Shown: positions 14,221 to 28,425 of the stretch, in pieces
How the letters are laid out: each line of letters opens with the position of its first letter
Numbering within the stretch: the stretch's first letter is position 1
Assembly (NCBI GenBank): GCA_951406725.2
Contig: OX597821.1
Span: 83,514,001-83,578,000 of the forward strand
Direction: 5' to 3'
Source of the DNA: Octopus vulgaris
Taxonomy: Eukaryota
DNA length: 64,000 nucleotides
Translations under genes and position numbers: made by a program
Notes under the pieces: model-generated
What the model saw: only the letters and a program-made list of their open reading frames with translations
The model's database searches: none
Told to the model about the DNA's origin: nothing

Positions 14221-14602
14221 GGCACAGGAGTGGCTGTGTGGTAAGTAGCTTGCTTACCAACCACATGGTTCCGGGTTCAGATCCACTGCGTGGCATCTTG
14301 GGCAAGTGTCTTCTGCTATAGCCCCGGGCCGACCAATGCCTTGTGAGTGGATTTGGTAGACGGAAACTGAAAGAAGCCTGTTGTATATATGTATATATAT
14401 ATGTATGTGTCTGTGTTTGTCCCCCTAGCATTGCTTGACAACTGATGCTGGTGTGTTTACGTTCCCGTCACTTAGCGGTTCGGCAAAAGAGACTGATAGA
14501 ATAAGTACTGGGCTTACAAAGAATAAGTCCCGGGGTCGATTTGCTCGACTAAAGGCGGTGCTCCAGCATGGCCGCAGTCAAATGACTGAAACAAGTAAAA
14601 GA

Positions 14603-14603
<1 letters not shown>
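14221..14603 (+). mobile_element. SINE family B (young)
   Basis: Complete head-to-tail match to family consensus. Confidence 0.88.
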
Positions 14604-14670
<67 letters not shown>

Positions 14671-14728
14671 GGCCCCTTTCTCCCACCATATAAAAGAATT
14701 TTAATTTAAATACTTACTACTTATATCT

Positions 14729-14825
14729 CGGCTACACGTGTTTCTTGAGGTTCATTTTCCGGTACCTTAACCACGCCGTGTTTTGCGGGAACCTTACTTA
14801 AAATATAAACCCAATCATCAGGCCA
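14729..14825 (-). ncRNA. Type I hammerhead ribozyme motif
   Basis: Minus strand: tggc CTGATGA ttgggtttat...atgaacctcaa GAAAC acgt GTA gccg; stems I-III form; palindromic cacgtg in stem III. Confidence 0.72.
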
Positions 14826-15473
14826 CTACGTCACTTTATCATAGTTTGATACTAAAAACTATATTTTAATTTTAAACATATAAGTATGAGTATGTGTAAA
14901 TAGGTTCGCCGGACCTTACCGTACAAGCCATAATTTAATTCAAATAAAAATTTAAAAATTACAAATAAAAATAAAAAATACGAATAAAACATAAAATATA
15001 CAAAAACTATGTTCTCACGTAATTTATGTCTATAAAAATAAAAATAATATATAGGGGTAAAAAAGTAAAATAAAATATATACTTGTGATGATATAAAATG
15101 ATATAAGATAAAAAGAATAGCAAATAAATATATTCGAATAAAAATGGAAGCAATGACGAATAAATATATTCGAATAAAAATTGGTCGGCCCGAGGCTATA
15201 GCAGATGAGACTTGCCCAAGGTGTCACGCAGTGCGACTGAACCCGGAACGATGTGGTTGAGAAACAAACTTCTTACCACACAGCCACGCCGGCGCCTGTA
15301 TGCATGTATATGGCGACCTACAATACGCAATATAAGCGGGATGTAATTCACACTTCCTCCACTTATCAACACAGTGGAGCATATTGAGGACAAGCACCTC
15401 GTTACTAGTAATGGTATGATTAGTCTACATCACTCCGTAAGAAACATGGGACCGGTTTCCAGGTTTCTTTGGC

Positions 15474-15509
<36 letters not shown>

Positions 15510-15663
15510 GCTCGAAATGTGGAGTAGGTAGACGGCCAACAACTGACGAAGGGTCGTTCTTTGTGTTACTTGTCCTGTTTTACATCTTTTCTCTTGTTGT
15601 TTGCATATTTAACTCGTTTGTTTTCGTACTTCAAGTCATTTACAGTTGGTGACATCCTGTGCC

Positions 15664-15701
<38 letters not shown>

Positions 15702-16079
15702 TTATACATATATAGACATATACATATATATGCACACATATATATACATACATCATATATATATATATATATATATATTCCTGCTTGGGCAGGATGCCTA
15801 TCCATCGCAACTAGTATTAATTACTATGGCTTGTTCGTATCTTTGCATCAGCACTGTTTCAGTGGTGGCGCTGTTTATGTTACCCATAAACAAAACGCTT
15901 GATAGTGGGTTCACATGTGAAAACATGAAGGTAAAGTACCTTAGCACCTTACTAGAAAAACAAGCGTTTGTATCGAGAAAGGCATCGACTATCGAATGTG
16001 TCTTGTCTAACTCATGCTACTATGAAAGAAGTAAACGGAAAAATCGATCGTGATGATGATGGTGTGCGTGTATGTATGC

Positions 16080-16560
16080 CGAGACCAGATGAAGGCCCCT
16101 CACTTTCGCTCGTCCATTAACCCAAATATCTGGGAGACAATCGCCAAGGACCACACAAATTGAAAGCATATCACCGCCGAGGCAACAAACCTGGTGGAAA
16201 ATAAAGAAAACATCAAGAAGCAGGGATCAGATGTCGAAGACGCAAAGACTGACACGCACTACTTCGTTCCCCATCAACTCCTCCCCCTGCGATAAATGCC
16301 CCCGACTCTTCGATAGCGCCATTGGTCTGTACAGCCACCTCAGGCACCGGCACCCTTCGCACCTATCAAGATGAAGAGGCTCAATTACAAGCTACATATT
16401 TCCAACTCGGATACGAGTTAACGCCGCCGCCGACCATACATGCATTTGTCTTGTATGCTTTAGCTGTAGGGACCATCTTTTACTACCTGACCCATAGCCT
16501 GGGCCCTTGAGACATACTACTACCTCGGACGAAAGTAGACCTAGTAATATTAATTCCATA
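16080..16560 (+). mobile_element. RTE-clade LINE 3' end
   Basis: PNIWETIAKDHTN*K and terminal C2H2 finger PCDKCPRLFDSAIGLYSHLRHRH. Confidence 0.75.
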
Positions 16561-16709
16561 TTCCCCGAAACTCTTGAATTACAGAGCAGCATCACTAGAT
16601 GTAGTTGAATGTCTTACCTTGACAAGATTACGTTTTAACCCCTCAAGCCCAACCAGACCTACAAGAAATAGCAGCCAAATTTCTTCAAATCACACATACA
16701 CACACACAT

Positions 16710-18095
16710 ATATACGACGAGCTTCTTTCAGTTTCCATCTACTAAATCCACTCACAAGGCTTTGATCAGCCGGAGACTATAGCAGAAGACATTTGCCCAA
16801 AATGCCACTTAGTGGAACTGAACCCGGGACCATGTGGGTGGTAAGCAAGCTACTTACCACACAGCCACTCCTGCGCCTTTAAAAGGAATACAATAGATGT
16901 ACACAACTTTTAAAATGATGCAGTCTTAAATGGGAAGATCAGAATTAGAGTGTTTTTGATTATAGGTCTACTTAAATATGGCTGACCAGGGGTTAAACAA
17001 CAACACCCTTTCACAACATCTAAGTCAAAATAAGTAAAATAAATTAAACTCTAGACGTCAGTTTGAATATTACAATTAGTTGCCTTGTGTCATATTTCAC
17101 TCATCCACCTCATCTCTGTCCCCAAAATCTCTCAAGGATTCTGACATATTACTTTGTTTTCTAATTTAACAGATATTTATCTTTTAGTTGTATCAGTAAT
17201 TAAACTGCGGCCATGGTGAGGCACCGCCTTGAAGAATCTTTTTTTTTCTTTTAGCCGAAGGAATCGACCCAAGTACTTTTTGTTTTAAAGCCTGGTACTT
17301 ATTTATCGGTTTATTTTGCCGAACCGCAACGTTACGGGATGAAAACACACCAGCATTGGGTGTCAAGCAGCAGTGGGATACACACACACACACATTTCTG
17401 CCAACCAAATTGACCCAGAAGGCTTTAGTCGGCCTGAGGATTTAATAGATGTCACCTGCTCGAGGTGTCACTTAGTGGGACTGAACCCGGAACCATGTGG
17501 TTGGGAAGCAAACTTCCTACCAGACAGTCACTCCTGCGCCTGTTATTTAAATTAAATACATTTTATTTGTTTTTCTTCCTCTATCTGTAAAGTAGTTAAG
17601 CATAATGTTTTTACGTTGACACTAGTTTCTAAATTTAGATTCTCCTCTCTTCCACGGAATGGTTAACAAAAGCTTTCACTTTAGAATTCACTGAACGGAA
17701 CGCTGAACTTATGGACAAGAAAGCAATGAGCAATTTCAACTTGAATACTAATAAGTTTCACGTTTGTACAGCTAATTGATTGTTAACCTAGATGCAGAAC
17801 TTAACAGTTGGTAGGGGAAAAGGAGTGACACGACGTGATCTTCAGTCTAGTTCAAACGAATCTACGATAAGTGAAGCGAAATGGTTTGTGGCGAGATCAA
17901 AACCAGGTTGAGTTCGTAAGTGAAGGAACTGAGGCGCAGGCGTAGCTGTGTGCTTGAGAAGCTTGCTTCACAACCATGTGGTCTTGGATTCAGTCCCACT
18001 GCGTAGCACCTAGGGCAAGTGTCTGGTGTTATTGCCCCGGGCCAACCAAAGATTTGTGAGCGGATTTACTAGACGGAAACTGAAAGAAGCCTGTC
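16710..18095. mobile_element. Three SINE family B copies or fragments (16710-16878 -, 17195-17541 -, 17932-18095 +)
   Basis: Family B head motifs in each. Confidence 0.7.
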
Positions 18096-19212
18096 ATGTG
18101 TGCTTGTCCAATCCACTCCTTGCTTAACAGGATGGATTGTACATATTCTTCAAATGGTCGGCTTTGACATACGCTGTGTCATGTTAACTAAGTCTATGAA
18201 TTATATTGATTTCAAATTTTGGTATAAGGCCAACAATTTCATAGGAAGCGGGGATCTAGTCTTTTTCTTTTCCTTCGCAAAATATGCATTTTTTTTAAAA
18301 GGAAGTAAAAAATTTGAAAATCAGCTATAATAATGTAGTCTTCCAGTCTCATCGCTATTAAGATATGATGTTGTGGAGAAATAAATCGGAGGAAAAAGTT
18401 AGAGAGATTTAAAATCGGAAAAACTATAATTTTAGTCTGCGTTTAGTGGAGCAGTGTCGATTTTAAGGTTGTGCCCTGTGAAATTTATAGTTTAGCGTCT
18501 GACCTGTTCATTGTAGGTTTCTAAATAAATATAAAAAAATTAATTTCATTGTGGATTTCTAAATAAACAGAAATACCTAATAAAAATCAACATAGATCAT
18601 CTTACTGCTTCTTTTGTCTCTTCATTGATTGTATATTTTTATTATTTAAAAAAAATTTGTTATATTTGTCTGCATCTGTTTACTTTATGCGTATTTCAGT
18701 ATCATGTATACGTGTCATGTATTTGTGTACAGCATTAATATATATATATATAAGTGTGTGTGTATGTGTGTCTCCAAAACTTCAAAGTTGAGTAACGTTT
18801 TCATGCTTGGATTTATAAACTACGATAAGAATAACACTTGTCAACAAAGAATTTGTCCCAAGGAAAAGAATACCTGTATCTTATATGCAGGTGAAGTGAA
18901 TCAAACAGAACGTGCGGTTGTCATTGTAACAAGCTGTTAATGCCTCGCTGTCTGCTGATTGGCTAAAATTACTCAAATTTCCCAACTTTAATTCGAAATA
19001 ACATCAGATTCTTTAATTTACGAGTTAAAGTAATTGGTTGATCGTAATCAAAATTCAGAGTTGCATCGATACACCAAAATTGAAAGCAATCTGAGCAAAA
19101 TTAAAAGGGGCTCGTTTTGCGAATGAAATAAATTAGATCCGGGGGCCGTAAGTCGATGACATCAACTCAGTGTTCAGCTGCAACTTTTATTTTGTATATG
19201 TATACACGTGTC

Positions 19213-19259
<47 letters not shown>

Positions 19260-19399
19260 TTCAGTTTTATTTCAAGATTTCTTGCCACAAGAGAAAGGGC
19301 CATTTTCTAACTTAGATCCAAGGTTCCTTCATTGGGATTTCAACATCAACAACAGGGTATTTTGTATGTGTGTATCTATGTATGTATGTATGTATGTAC

Positions 19400-21230
19400 G
19401 TATGTGAGTAGATTTGTATGTTTTGTTTTATGTATGTATTCTCATGCATATAGTTGCATATCCAAACATGCACATATATATTTAAATAATTAACTTCTGG
19501 AAAGTTTTACTGATTTTTAGTTTCCAGTGATGGACTGGATCTGTAGTCTTCGAGTAGAGGAGCAGAGGAGTGAATCCGAGACCACATAATTGGTTATGGG
19601 ATTTTGCACTTACGGAAATTGTAAAGCATTACTATTAAATACAGGATACGGTGTGTAATTTCGCTCTTATAGAAACTCGTATTGCGCAGTTTAAAATTGT
19701 TAATTTAAAACTACACATTTTTTTTTAGCTCAATAGCCACTCGATTTGGAAAACTATCATCGTGTTACATACACACATACACACACACGTGTATATATGA
19801 TGTAAATAGTGTGAGTTTTATACACACACACACATACGTATAAGAATGTGTGTGAGTGTGTGTGTGTGTATGTATGTCATTGTTCAGTTTTATTTCAAGA
19901 TTTCTTGTCAATAGAGAAAGAGCCGGTTTCTAACCCAGATTCAAGGCTCCTTCATTGGAATTTCAACATCAACAACAGGGTATTTTTGTATGTATGTATG
20001 TATGTATGTATGTATGTATGTATGTATGTATGTAGGCATGCATGCATGCATGCATGTATGTATGATGATTAATATAGATAACCTCCTTGAATTTAATAAT
20101 TTGGTTCCGCATCTACAACACCATAGACAAAATTTTTTTATACTCCGTTACTAGAAGGCCTACAACCAAATTCGTTGGGGTATGTTCTACCTTTGTCTCT
20201 CTACCTCTCCCCCTATCTCTCTCTCTCTCTCCCTCTCTCTATCATAAGCACAATCAAACACACAGACACAAACCTGTCACTTCACCACTAGTTGTATTTG
20301 GCATTTATCCCCCCCACACAAACAATCACGCACACATATACACACACATAGACACGAATGCAGTTGTATACATACACACACATAGGCACTCAATCTCATT
20401 GGCAAAAGCAAACAACAACGCATCACCATACATACGACTTGCATTCTGTCACCCCCCCTATTCTTAGAACTTGCCCCTTCCAACCATTTTTGAACTCTTG
20501 AACTTTTTAGAATCTTATCCATCCAACCATTTTGACGTCACTGCTTATAACGGAATATTTTAAAGAAACACTCATTATCACTATGGACTCCGTGTGGGCA
20601 GTCATCTACAAGTTTTTGTTCGTCATGATGCTGACATAAGTTCCCTGTCTTTCCTGATGAGAAGACGGCATAATGCACCCTTTATTCCTTCGGAATTAAA
20701 AATATGCAGTCTTCGAAACATGTGTCGAGAATAAAGGAATTTTGTTAAATCGTCGTTCGACTCCATTCTTTCATTTATCTATGTATGTATGTATGTGTGC
20801 AGATTTGTATGTTTTGTTTTATGTGCGTATTCTCATGCATATAGTTGCATATCCAAACATGCACATATATATTTAAATAATTAACTTCTGGAAAGTTTTA
20901 CTGATTTTTACAGTTCCAGTGATGGATTGGATCTGTAGTCTTCGAGTAGAGGAGCAGAGGAGTGAATCCGAGACCACATAATTGGTTATGGGATTTCGCA
21001 CTTACGGAAATTGTAAAGCATTACTATTAAATACAGGATACGGTGTGTAATTTCGCTCTTATAGAAACTCGTATTGCGCAGTTTAAAATTGTTAATTTAA
21101 AACTACACATTTTTTTTTAGCTCAATAGCCACTCGATTTGGAAAACTATCATCGTGTTACATCGTGTCACACACATACGCACGTGTATATATGTATATAG
21201 AGTGAGTTTTACACACACACACAAATATAA
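19400..21230 (+). repeat. Local direct duplication: about 430-bp unit at 19400-19830 and 20790-21230, plus a 110-bp unit at 19260-19370 and 19882-19990
   Basis: Near-identical agatttgtatgttttgttttatg...ggaaaactatcatcgtgttacat blocks, and ttcagttttatttcaagatttcttg...caacaacagggtatttt blocks. Confidence 0.9.
20650..20737 (+). ncRNA. Type I hammerhead ribozyme (Penelope-pLTR-like) with loop II/3' pseudoknot
   Basis: Stem I tttc/gaga; core CTGATGA 20654-20660; stem II gaagac-g-gcata/tatgc-a-gtcttc; GAAA 20715-20718; stem III with palindrome acatgt; GUC cleavage triplet ending 20726; loop cctttattc complementary to gaataaagg. Confidence 0.85.
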
Positions 21231-21289
21231 GAATGTATGCGTGTGTTTGTCTGTGTGTGTGCGCGCGCGCGTGCGCTTCTATCATCAAT

Positions 21290-23539
21290 GCGAACACAAC
21301 CATCAATAGCAACAATAATATATGCTAGCGAAACCCGTGATTATTTCAGGGAATTAATGGTAAACTTATTGAGTTATTTCTGAACACTATCCAAAGAACC
21401 TGAAGGCACAGCGTGTGTTGTGTCTGTGTCAAAACAGTCGTTCATTTCCTAATCTTTGAAAAATGAAGGGAATTGGTATCGCCACGGCTGTTGGATTTGC
21501 CTTCAAATTAAGATGGCTGGAAAGAAGCTATCAAATCGACTTGGAGGCAGTAAAGCGAAAAGGAACTGCGAAAGGTTACACTGGATACTAAATTTAATGT
21601 TTTAGAAATACTTGATGCAAAGTGAAACTAAGTTATATTGCCAAAAACATTATATCTTTCAAGGTCCTGCGTGGGGCGTCAATACGTGAGAAATAAGAGA
21701 AAATCATGTCAAGAGCTTCTTGAGCACTTGAGTGTCTGGACTTCACTTTTTCCACAGATATCATGTAATGTAATAGTACAGCATTTAAGTGCATGGATCG
21801 AGGATCAGAATTCACGTAATGATGGTAATTCAAAAAAAAGTGCCTAAAGTTTATATGACGATTTACAGAAAACTGCAAGGTGAAACTTCTAATGAAAAAG
21901 TCATTTTTGGCTAGCAAGGGTTGGTTTCAAAGGTTTAAGAAGCACATGATTGTGTTCAACATAAAAATGACTGATGAAACTGCGAGCGCTGATACAGAGG
22001 TTGCTACAAATTATCCTGGGCAGTTGAAGGAAATCATTGCTGAAGTTGAATACACGCCGGAGCAAGTATAAAATGTTGATGAAACTTCACTCTTCTGGAA
22101 GCGCATGCCTGTTAGAAGTTTGTTTTCTCGAGAAGAAATGTCAACACTAGGATTTAAAGCTTCCAAAAGTCGTCTGACACTTCTTTTGGATGGAAATGCC
22201 ACTGGTAATATATGAAACTAAAAGCCCTACACGTGAATCACTCTGAAAAATCTAAGGGTTCTCAAGGGTTTCACAAAGTTTAATCTACCCCTACTTTGGC
22301 GTTCAAATAAGAGCGGTTTTTTTCCCCACGGTAGACAGGTGCAGTGCCAGACATAATATTTCGAACAAAGCATTGCTTCTTGTAGGCAATGCATCGAGAC
22401 ACCTAGCGAATTTACACGGACTTACTGATAATGTTACGTAGAATATATCCAAAAGAAAACAACTTACTTGCTCCAGCCCATGGATCAAAGCATATCATAT
22501 AACTTCTCAAATAACTTATGAAAGCAATTGACAGGGAAGCAAAACTTACAATTAAATATTCCTGGAAGAAATTCAACATAATGGTGGCTGAGGATAATAT
22601 AGTCGAGCCATGGGATGAAGTGAAACCGTTAACTTTGAACAGTGCTTGGAAAAGTATACGGCCAGACTGTATCTGTAACAGTACAAGTTTTCTTCGAGCA
22701 GAAAGTCAATATCAAATTTGGAAAGATATTGTGACACTTGCAAAGTATGTAGGATTAGAAAAGTCATAGAGGATAATGTGATTGAGTTGCTAGTGTCCCG
22801 GAAAGAAAGTTTATCTAACGAGGAGCTAACGTTGGTAGAAAAAGAACAAGTTGAAAACATAGATGAGACAACGGGAAGTTCCACTGACACCACTTAAATT
22901 GGCTACAAAAATTATTGCTAAAGGGTTGATGCTAATAGAGGAAGGTTTGCAGGTTTTTTGCTGATAATGATCCTAATCGTGAACGTAGCATAAAAATTAC
23001 AAGAGTCTACAATGAACTCAGCTCCTATACTGAGCTGTAAAGAGAGAAGATGCGTCATAAACAACAAACAACTTTGGATCAGTTCTTCGCCCCTCAAGCT
23101 GATGTTCGTGATAATGAACTATAAAATATAGTAAATATTATCCCTCATCCTCCTAGTAACACACATTCCGCCACCACCCATCACACAGCAGTCAACATCT
23201 TTTGTTGTAAGAACGTACTCTTACGATATTACAATTCTTATTAACTCTCTAATTTATTCCTATTGAAATGTTTTTGATTTTATATATCCATATTGAACGA
23301 TGTATATTCAGAAATTGCTTTCATATATAAAAGTGATTGTGTTGCTTCTTTGTTTTGTTTTGCTTTTTCGTTTGTTCTCCTTTTCTTTTGATTTTTTTTC
23401 TTTTTCCAAAATGTCCGTAGGAACGCATTCTCACTTGATGATATGGAATTCAATAGGAAAACTAATTTCGCATTACAGAATTTCGCGTTACAACCAGATT
23501 TTCAGGAACGCGTTACTTCCGTAAAGCGATGGATTCCTG
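21290..23539 (+). mobile_element. Tigger/pogo-type DNA transposon, decayed, left end not identified
   Basis: Fragments FLASKGWFQRFKKH (CENP-B HTH), YTPEQV*NVDETSLFWKRMP, GFKASKSRLTLLL, LLQPMDQ, WDEVKPLTLNSAWK. Right terminus ...gcgatggattcctg followed by TA at 23540. Confidence 0.88.
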
Positions 23540-23943
23540 TATATATGTGCGTGCGTACGTGTGTGTACGCGACAGGCTTCATACAATTTCCACTTACAAA
23601 CTCACACAAAATGTATTAGTCCAGCACACGATGGGATTGAACCTGAAATCAAAGCAAACTCCTCAACCACACAACCGTTCCTCTGATGGTAGCAAAACAT
23701 GACCTATTGACCCATCACAGCAGGTTGTTAATTCAGACATCTGCAGTTCACATATCGTTCTCATACATTTAGTTCATGTAACTAACAAACGACTTTGTTG
23801 CTCTAAAAATGTTAATTTGATCTCAAAACTATTCAGAAAACATTAATATGTTGAAAAATGTTAATTATAATTAAAAAGAAAAACATTAAATATGGTTCAT
23901 AAATTAATCTTCTTCATGCAAATTAAACAAGATTTGTTATATA

Positions 23944-24010
<67 letters not shown>

Positions 24011-24344
24011 ATGTAAACGGATGCATGCTAAATAAAGAAATATTTTGCAATGGCGGTGGAGATATTTGAAAATGAAACAGACCAAAGGAGACTTCGGAAG
24101 AAGTTAAATTAAAACGCTATTGATTGAGAAATTAAATGAATGTGCGCGCACGCACGCCCGCCCGTTCGCACACACACACACACACACCCTACCTACATGC
24201 GTACAGATACGCTTACAAAGGCACAAAAATATGTACGTGCAAGTATGTGCACATATATTGCAAGAACGAAGGTTTCTGTTCAATAGGTTAAGTTCAACCA
24301 TGTAAATATCCTCAAAATCAAATGAATATTTGTGTGTGTAATGC

Positions 24345-24675
<331 letters not shown>

Positions 24676-25527
24676 GAGTGTGCATGAATGTATGAGTACA
24701 TTGCACAGCTATGCGCATAACTGTTATTAATGTAATATAGATATAACACTTTAGCATGGTTATACAATATGGCTACTAGAGTATATGTATGGTACTTAAA
24801 ATATAGTTATACAGTAACGGTATGGTATGGTATTTATTTTTTCGTCAGTCCTAAGTCTCATAAGGCCGGTCATCTGCTTTCTATTGCGTATCAGTAACCG
24901 AGTTCACGACACTGACCCCTGAAACGAATATAAACAGCAAGCTAAGAAGTGTGTCTTACAGATAGCGTAAAAGCTATTCACTGACGTGAAAAAGCGTCGC
25001 ACAAGTAAAACAAAATTCGAATTTTATGTTAGAAGCAGCTCAGTAATGTCAATAGTTTTGAAGTGGGCTGTGTTTTTTAACACTATACGCCTTTCACAGG
25101 TCTCCCTTAGACGAAATACCACAGCTTTGCAAAGTTCAACAACACACATTTAGCATGTGATATTATAAATGTTTGCATTATTGAACTGCTTTTAACACAA
25201 AATTTGAATTTTACATACTTTTTTTCTTTTTTGTCGTCCACGATTGTGTTCTCTTCGGTTTGGGATTTGTATTTTAATGTGGAATGTTTATAATATTTAT
25301 CTAAATAAGTACGCTATAACAATTATGTAAGATATTATTACTAGTTAGCGGAGTGTTGTCTGTCATATGACGAGTAATTTTTTAACTTGCCTGTCATACT
25401 TTTACAATATCAGAAAATATGGTATCCATACAATAATAAGCATTATTTAACCGTTTATCAAATTTCTTGGTGCTTATACAAAATGTTGCAATGAAAACTA
25501 ATTTTCAAAGAAAAATATGTAATATCA

Positions 25528-25997
25528 TAACATACGTACGTACATGCATCATAATGCATACATACATACATACACACACACATACATACATACATACATA
25601 CATACACACACATACATACATACATACATACATACATACATACACACATACATACATACATACACACACATACATACACACACACATACATACATACATA
25701 CATACATACACGCATACATACATACATACACACACACATACATACATACACACACATACATACATACACACATACATACATACACACACACATACATACA
25801 TACGTACATACATACATACACACATACATACATAAATACATACATACATACATACACACACACACATACATACATACATACATACACACACACATACATA
25901 CACACATACATACATACATACACACATACATACATACACACATACATATATACATACATACTTACATACATACATACATACATACACATACACATAC

Positions 25998-26028
<31 letters not shown>

Positions 26029-26066
26029 CATACATACATACATACATACATACATACATACATACA
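25528..26066. repeat. Compound (CATA)n/(CA)n microsatellite, about 540 bp
   Basis: Directly visible. Confidence 0.97.
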
Positions 26067-28129
26067 AAAATCCCTTATAAACAGATTAGGATTAGAGACA
26101 GGAAGAGCATCATGCCATAAAAATACTGCCTAAAATAAGTAACTGTCCAACTAATGCCGTCTTAAAAAAGACAAATGTAAAACAACTACAAGAAGCGAAA
26201 AATAAATATTATTGCCCAAGATATATTTGGTGGTATGTTTGACAATGCTAAAGCATAACAAATGCTTTCCTTTTCTTAATACCATTACGAAATGCTCAAA
26301 ATACTAATGATGTATCTCCAACCGGTTTCATCAGTATATATTCCGTGGTTCAATCAACAGAACTTACTCGTTATGTCAATGTGTAAGCGGTTGAGTATTC
26401 CATAGATATATGTACATAATAAGGTGCTTGTGGTCAATAAGAGACTACAAGTGTAACTTTTCTGCAGGCGACGACTAATTCATTCTTTGCTGAAGCACTC
26501 AGGCGAAGTATAGAGACTAAGGATTGACACATTTGACCCTGAGATACCTGTTACGGAATGGTTTCTGACATTGCCATTGATTCAGAAGAGCTTGCAATAC
26601 CCCTAAGTAGCTCTTGCAGTTTCTGCGTGGGGTAAAGCATCTCCTCTGATGTTTATTTCATCTGTGATATTATCGGACCTTTGTATTACGGGTACAATCA
26701 ATCCAACAGTTTTTCACACAATTTTCTATCTACACAGTCTCACTCCCAAAGCTTGAGCTGACCTGAGGCTAAGACGAAAGCGCTTGTTTGAGATGGCATT
26801 CAGCAGAGATTGAACCCCAGGCCCTAACACACAAATGTATACCAAAATGCATACCATACATTAATGAAATAGAATACAAAGAAACTAGCAATGATCTCTA
26901 TTGTAAGTACAAAAAAGTTTACAAAGAACAGTAAATTATTTTTGCCGTGATATCCAATGATATTCCTATGTTTGAGGCTAATATAAAATTGCAAAGCATG
27001 TTGTCGAAAATTAATAGACGTTCACCTGTAAAACCCCTGCACTGTTTCAATAGTTTAAATGCAAATACAAATACCGGAATTAATAAGGCTAACATCCATG
27101 CAAACATGAGGGGGAAACATTGAAACAGTTATTTCCAACTAATAAGTAGTCCCTTAATGAAAACAATTTAGAAATATACAAGTATACTTCTAACTCATCA
27201 CTCTTAAGATAAGTTTAATAATTCGGCCAGGGATTATAGACAGTGTACAGTAGTGGAGACGACACACATGCGGGAGGGTGGTCCTCTACGGGCTAATTTA
27301 TTTGCATACTGAATCTTGATATTCTCGTTATTTTTCATTTTTGATGCTTGCTATTTTTTATTCACCCCCCACTTCACTCCAGTCTAGTCCAGTCCATCCT
27401 TCAACAGTCCCCCCACCCCACCCTCCTCCCGTTATTGCCCTCCTCTAGGTCACAATTTTCCACATGAATTACCTGTTACATGCACTGGTTATTGGAGTGA
27501 TGAATTCGTTTTTATGGAAGGATAGCCTTCTTGTCATCACCACACCCAATAAAAGGGAGGGGAGGAGGAGGAGGAGGAGGGGGAGGAATATGGGTGGTGA
27601 TGCTGATGTTGCCTTTGTTGATGATGATGATGATGATGATAGCTTCATGTTAAAAATCCATCAAAGCTCTGTTAGTCAAAGACAATTATGAGACTGAGTC
27701 AACCTAACGGAGTATATTAATTTATGGAAGACAACAATATCTCTTCTGCTTTGTCATGGCTATTATTAGAGCATTGAGAATCAAAACCTGACTGTAGTAT
27801 TCAAGGATCTACTCAGGGACATGTATTTTGTGGCTAATGCGATCAAATCTGCTGCTGGCTATTACTGTGTTTCGGGGCAGGACATTATTATTTGCCCTGG
27901 TTTATCTAGTTCAAATAATATAAAAATATCAGATCAAAAAAAGGTTTAGCTTCAGTTAAGTTAGAGTCCACTAGCTGCTACCTTTTTTTTTTTTTTTTCC
28001 TTTTTCTTCAAGATTAGAACATTAAAGTGGTTGTTTGTCCTGCTAAAAACAGCTGCCAAATTCCTTTCACATCATACTTTACAGTGTTAAAAAGAGGAAG
28101 GACACACTAGATAATGTAGTCCCAGTCTG

Positions 28130-28162
<33 letters not shown>

Positions 28163-28378
28163 TTTAGCATCCATTTTCCCATGGTAGCATAAGTCGGACA
28201 AAATTTGTTGAGTCAGATTTTTTACAGATGCTCCATCTGTCACCCTGTCACCGAAGCCTCATCTGTTTCCATGTAAAGTAATATTTTCTCACAGATGATT
28301 GAAAATGAAGAACACTCTTGTATGGCAATGACACTCGTTTACAACAATCACAGAATGTCAAGATAAGGAAACACCAAT

Positions 28379-28425
<47 letters not shown>

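Noticed and set aside
15512-15560. cgaaa...ctgacgaaggg as a type II hammerhead
   Set aside because: Stems I and III do not form
20895-20950. Hammerhead-like ctcgaaga...ctacag/ctgta motif in duplicated unit B (minus strand)
   Set aside because: Core lacks the proper CUGA, GAAA and stem III
26315-26362. ctgatgaaaccggtt on the minus strand as a hammerhead
   Set aside because: No stem II between CTGATGA and GAAA; the alternative register is too degenerate
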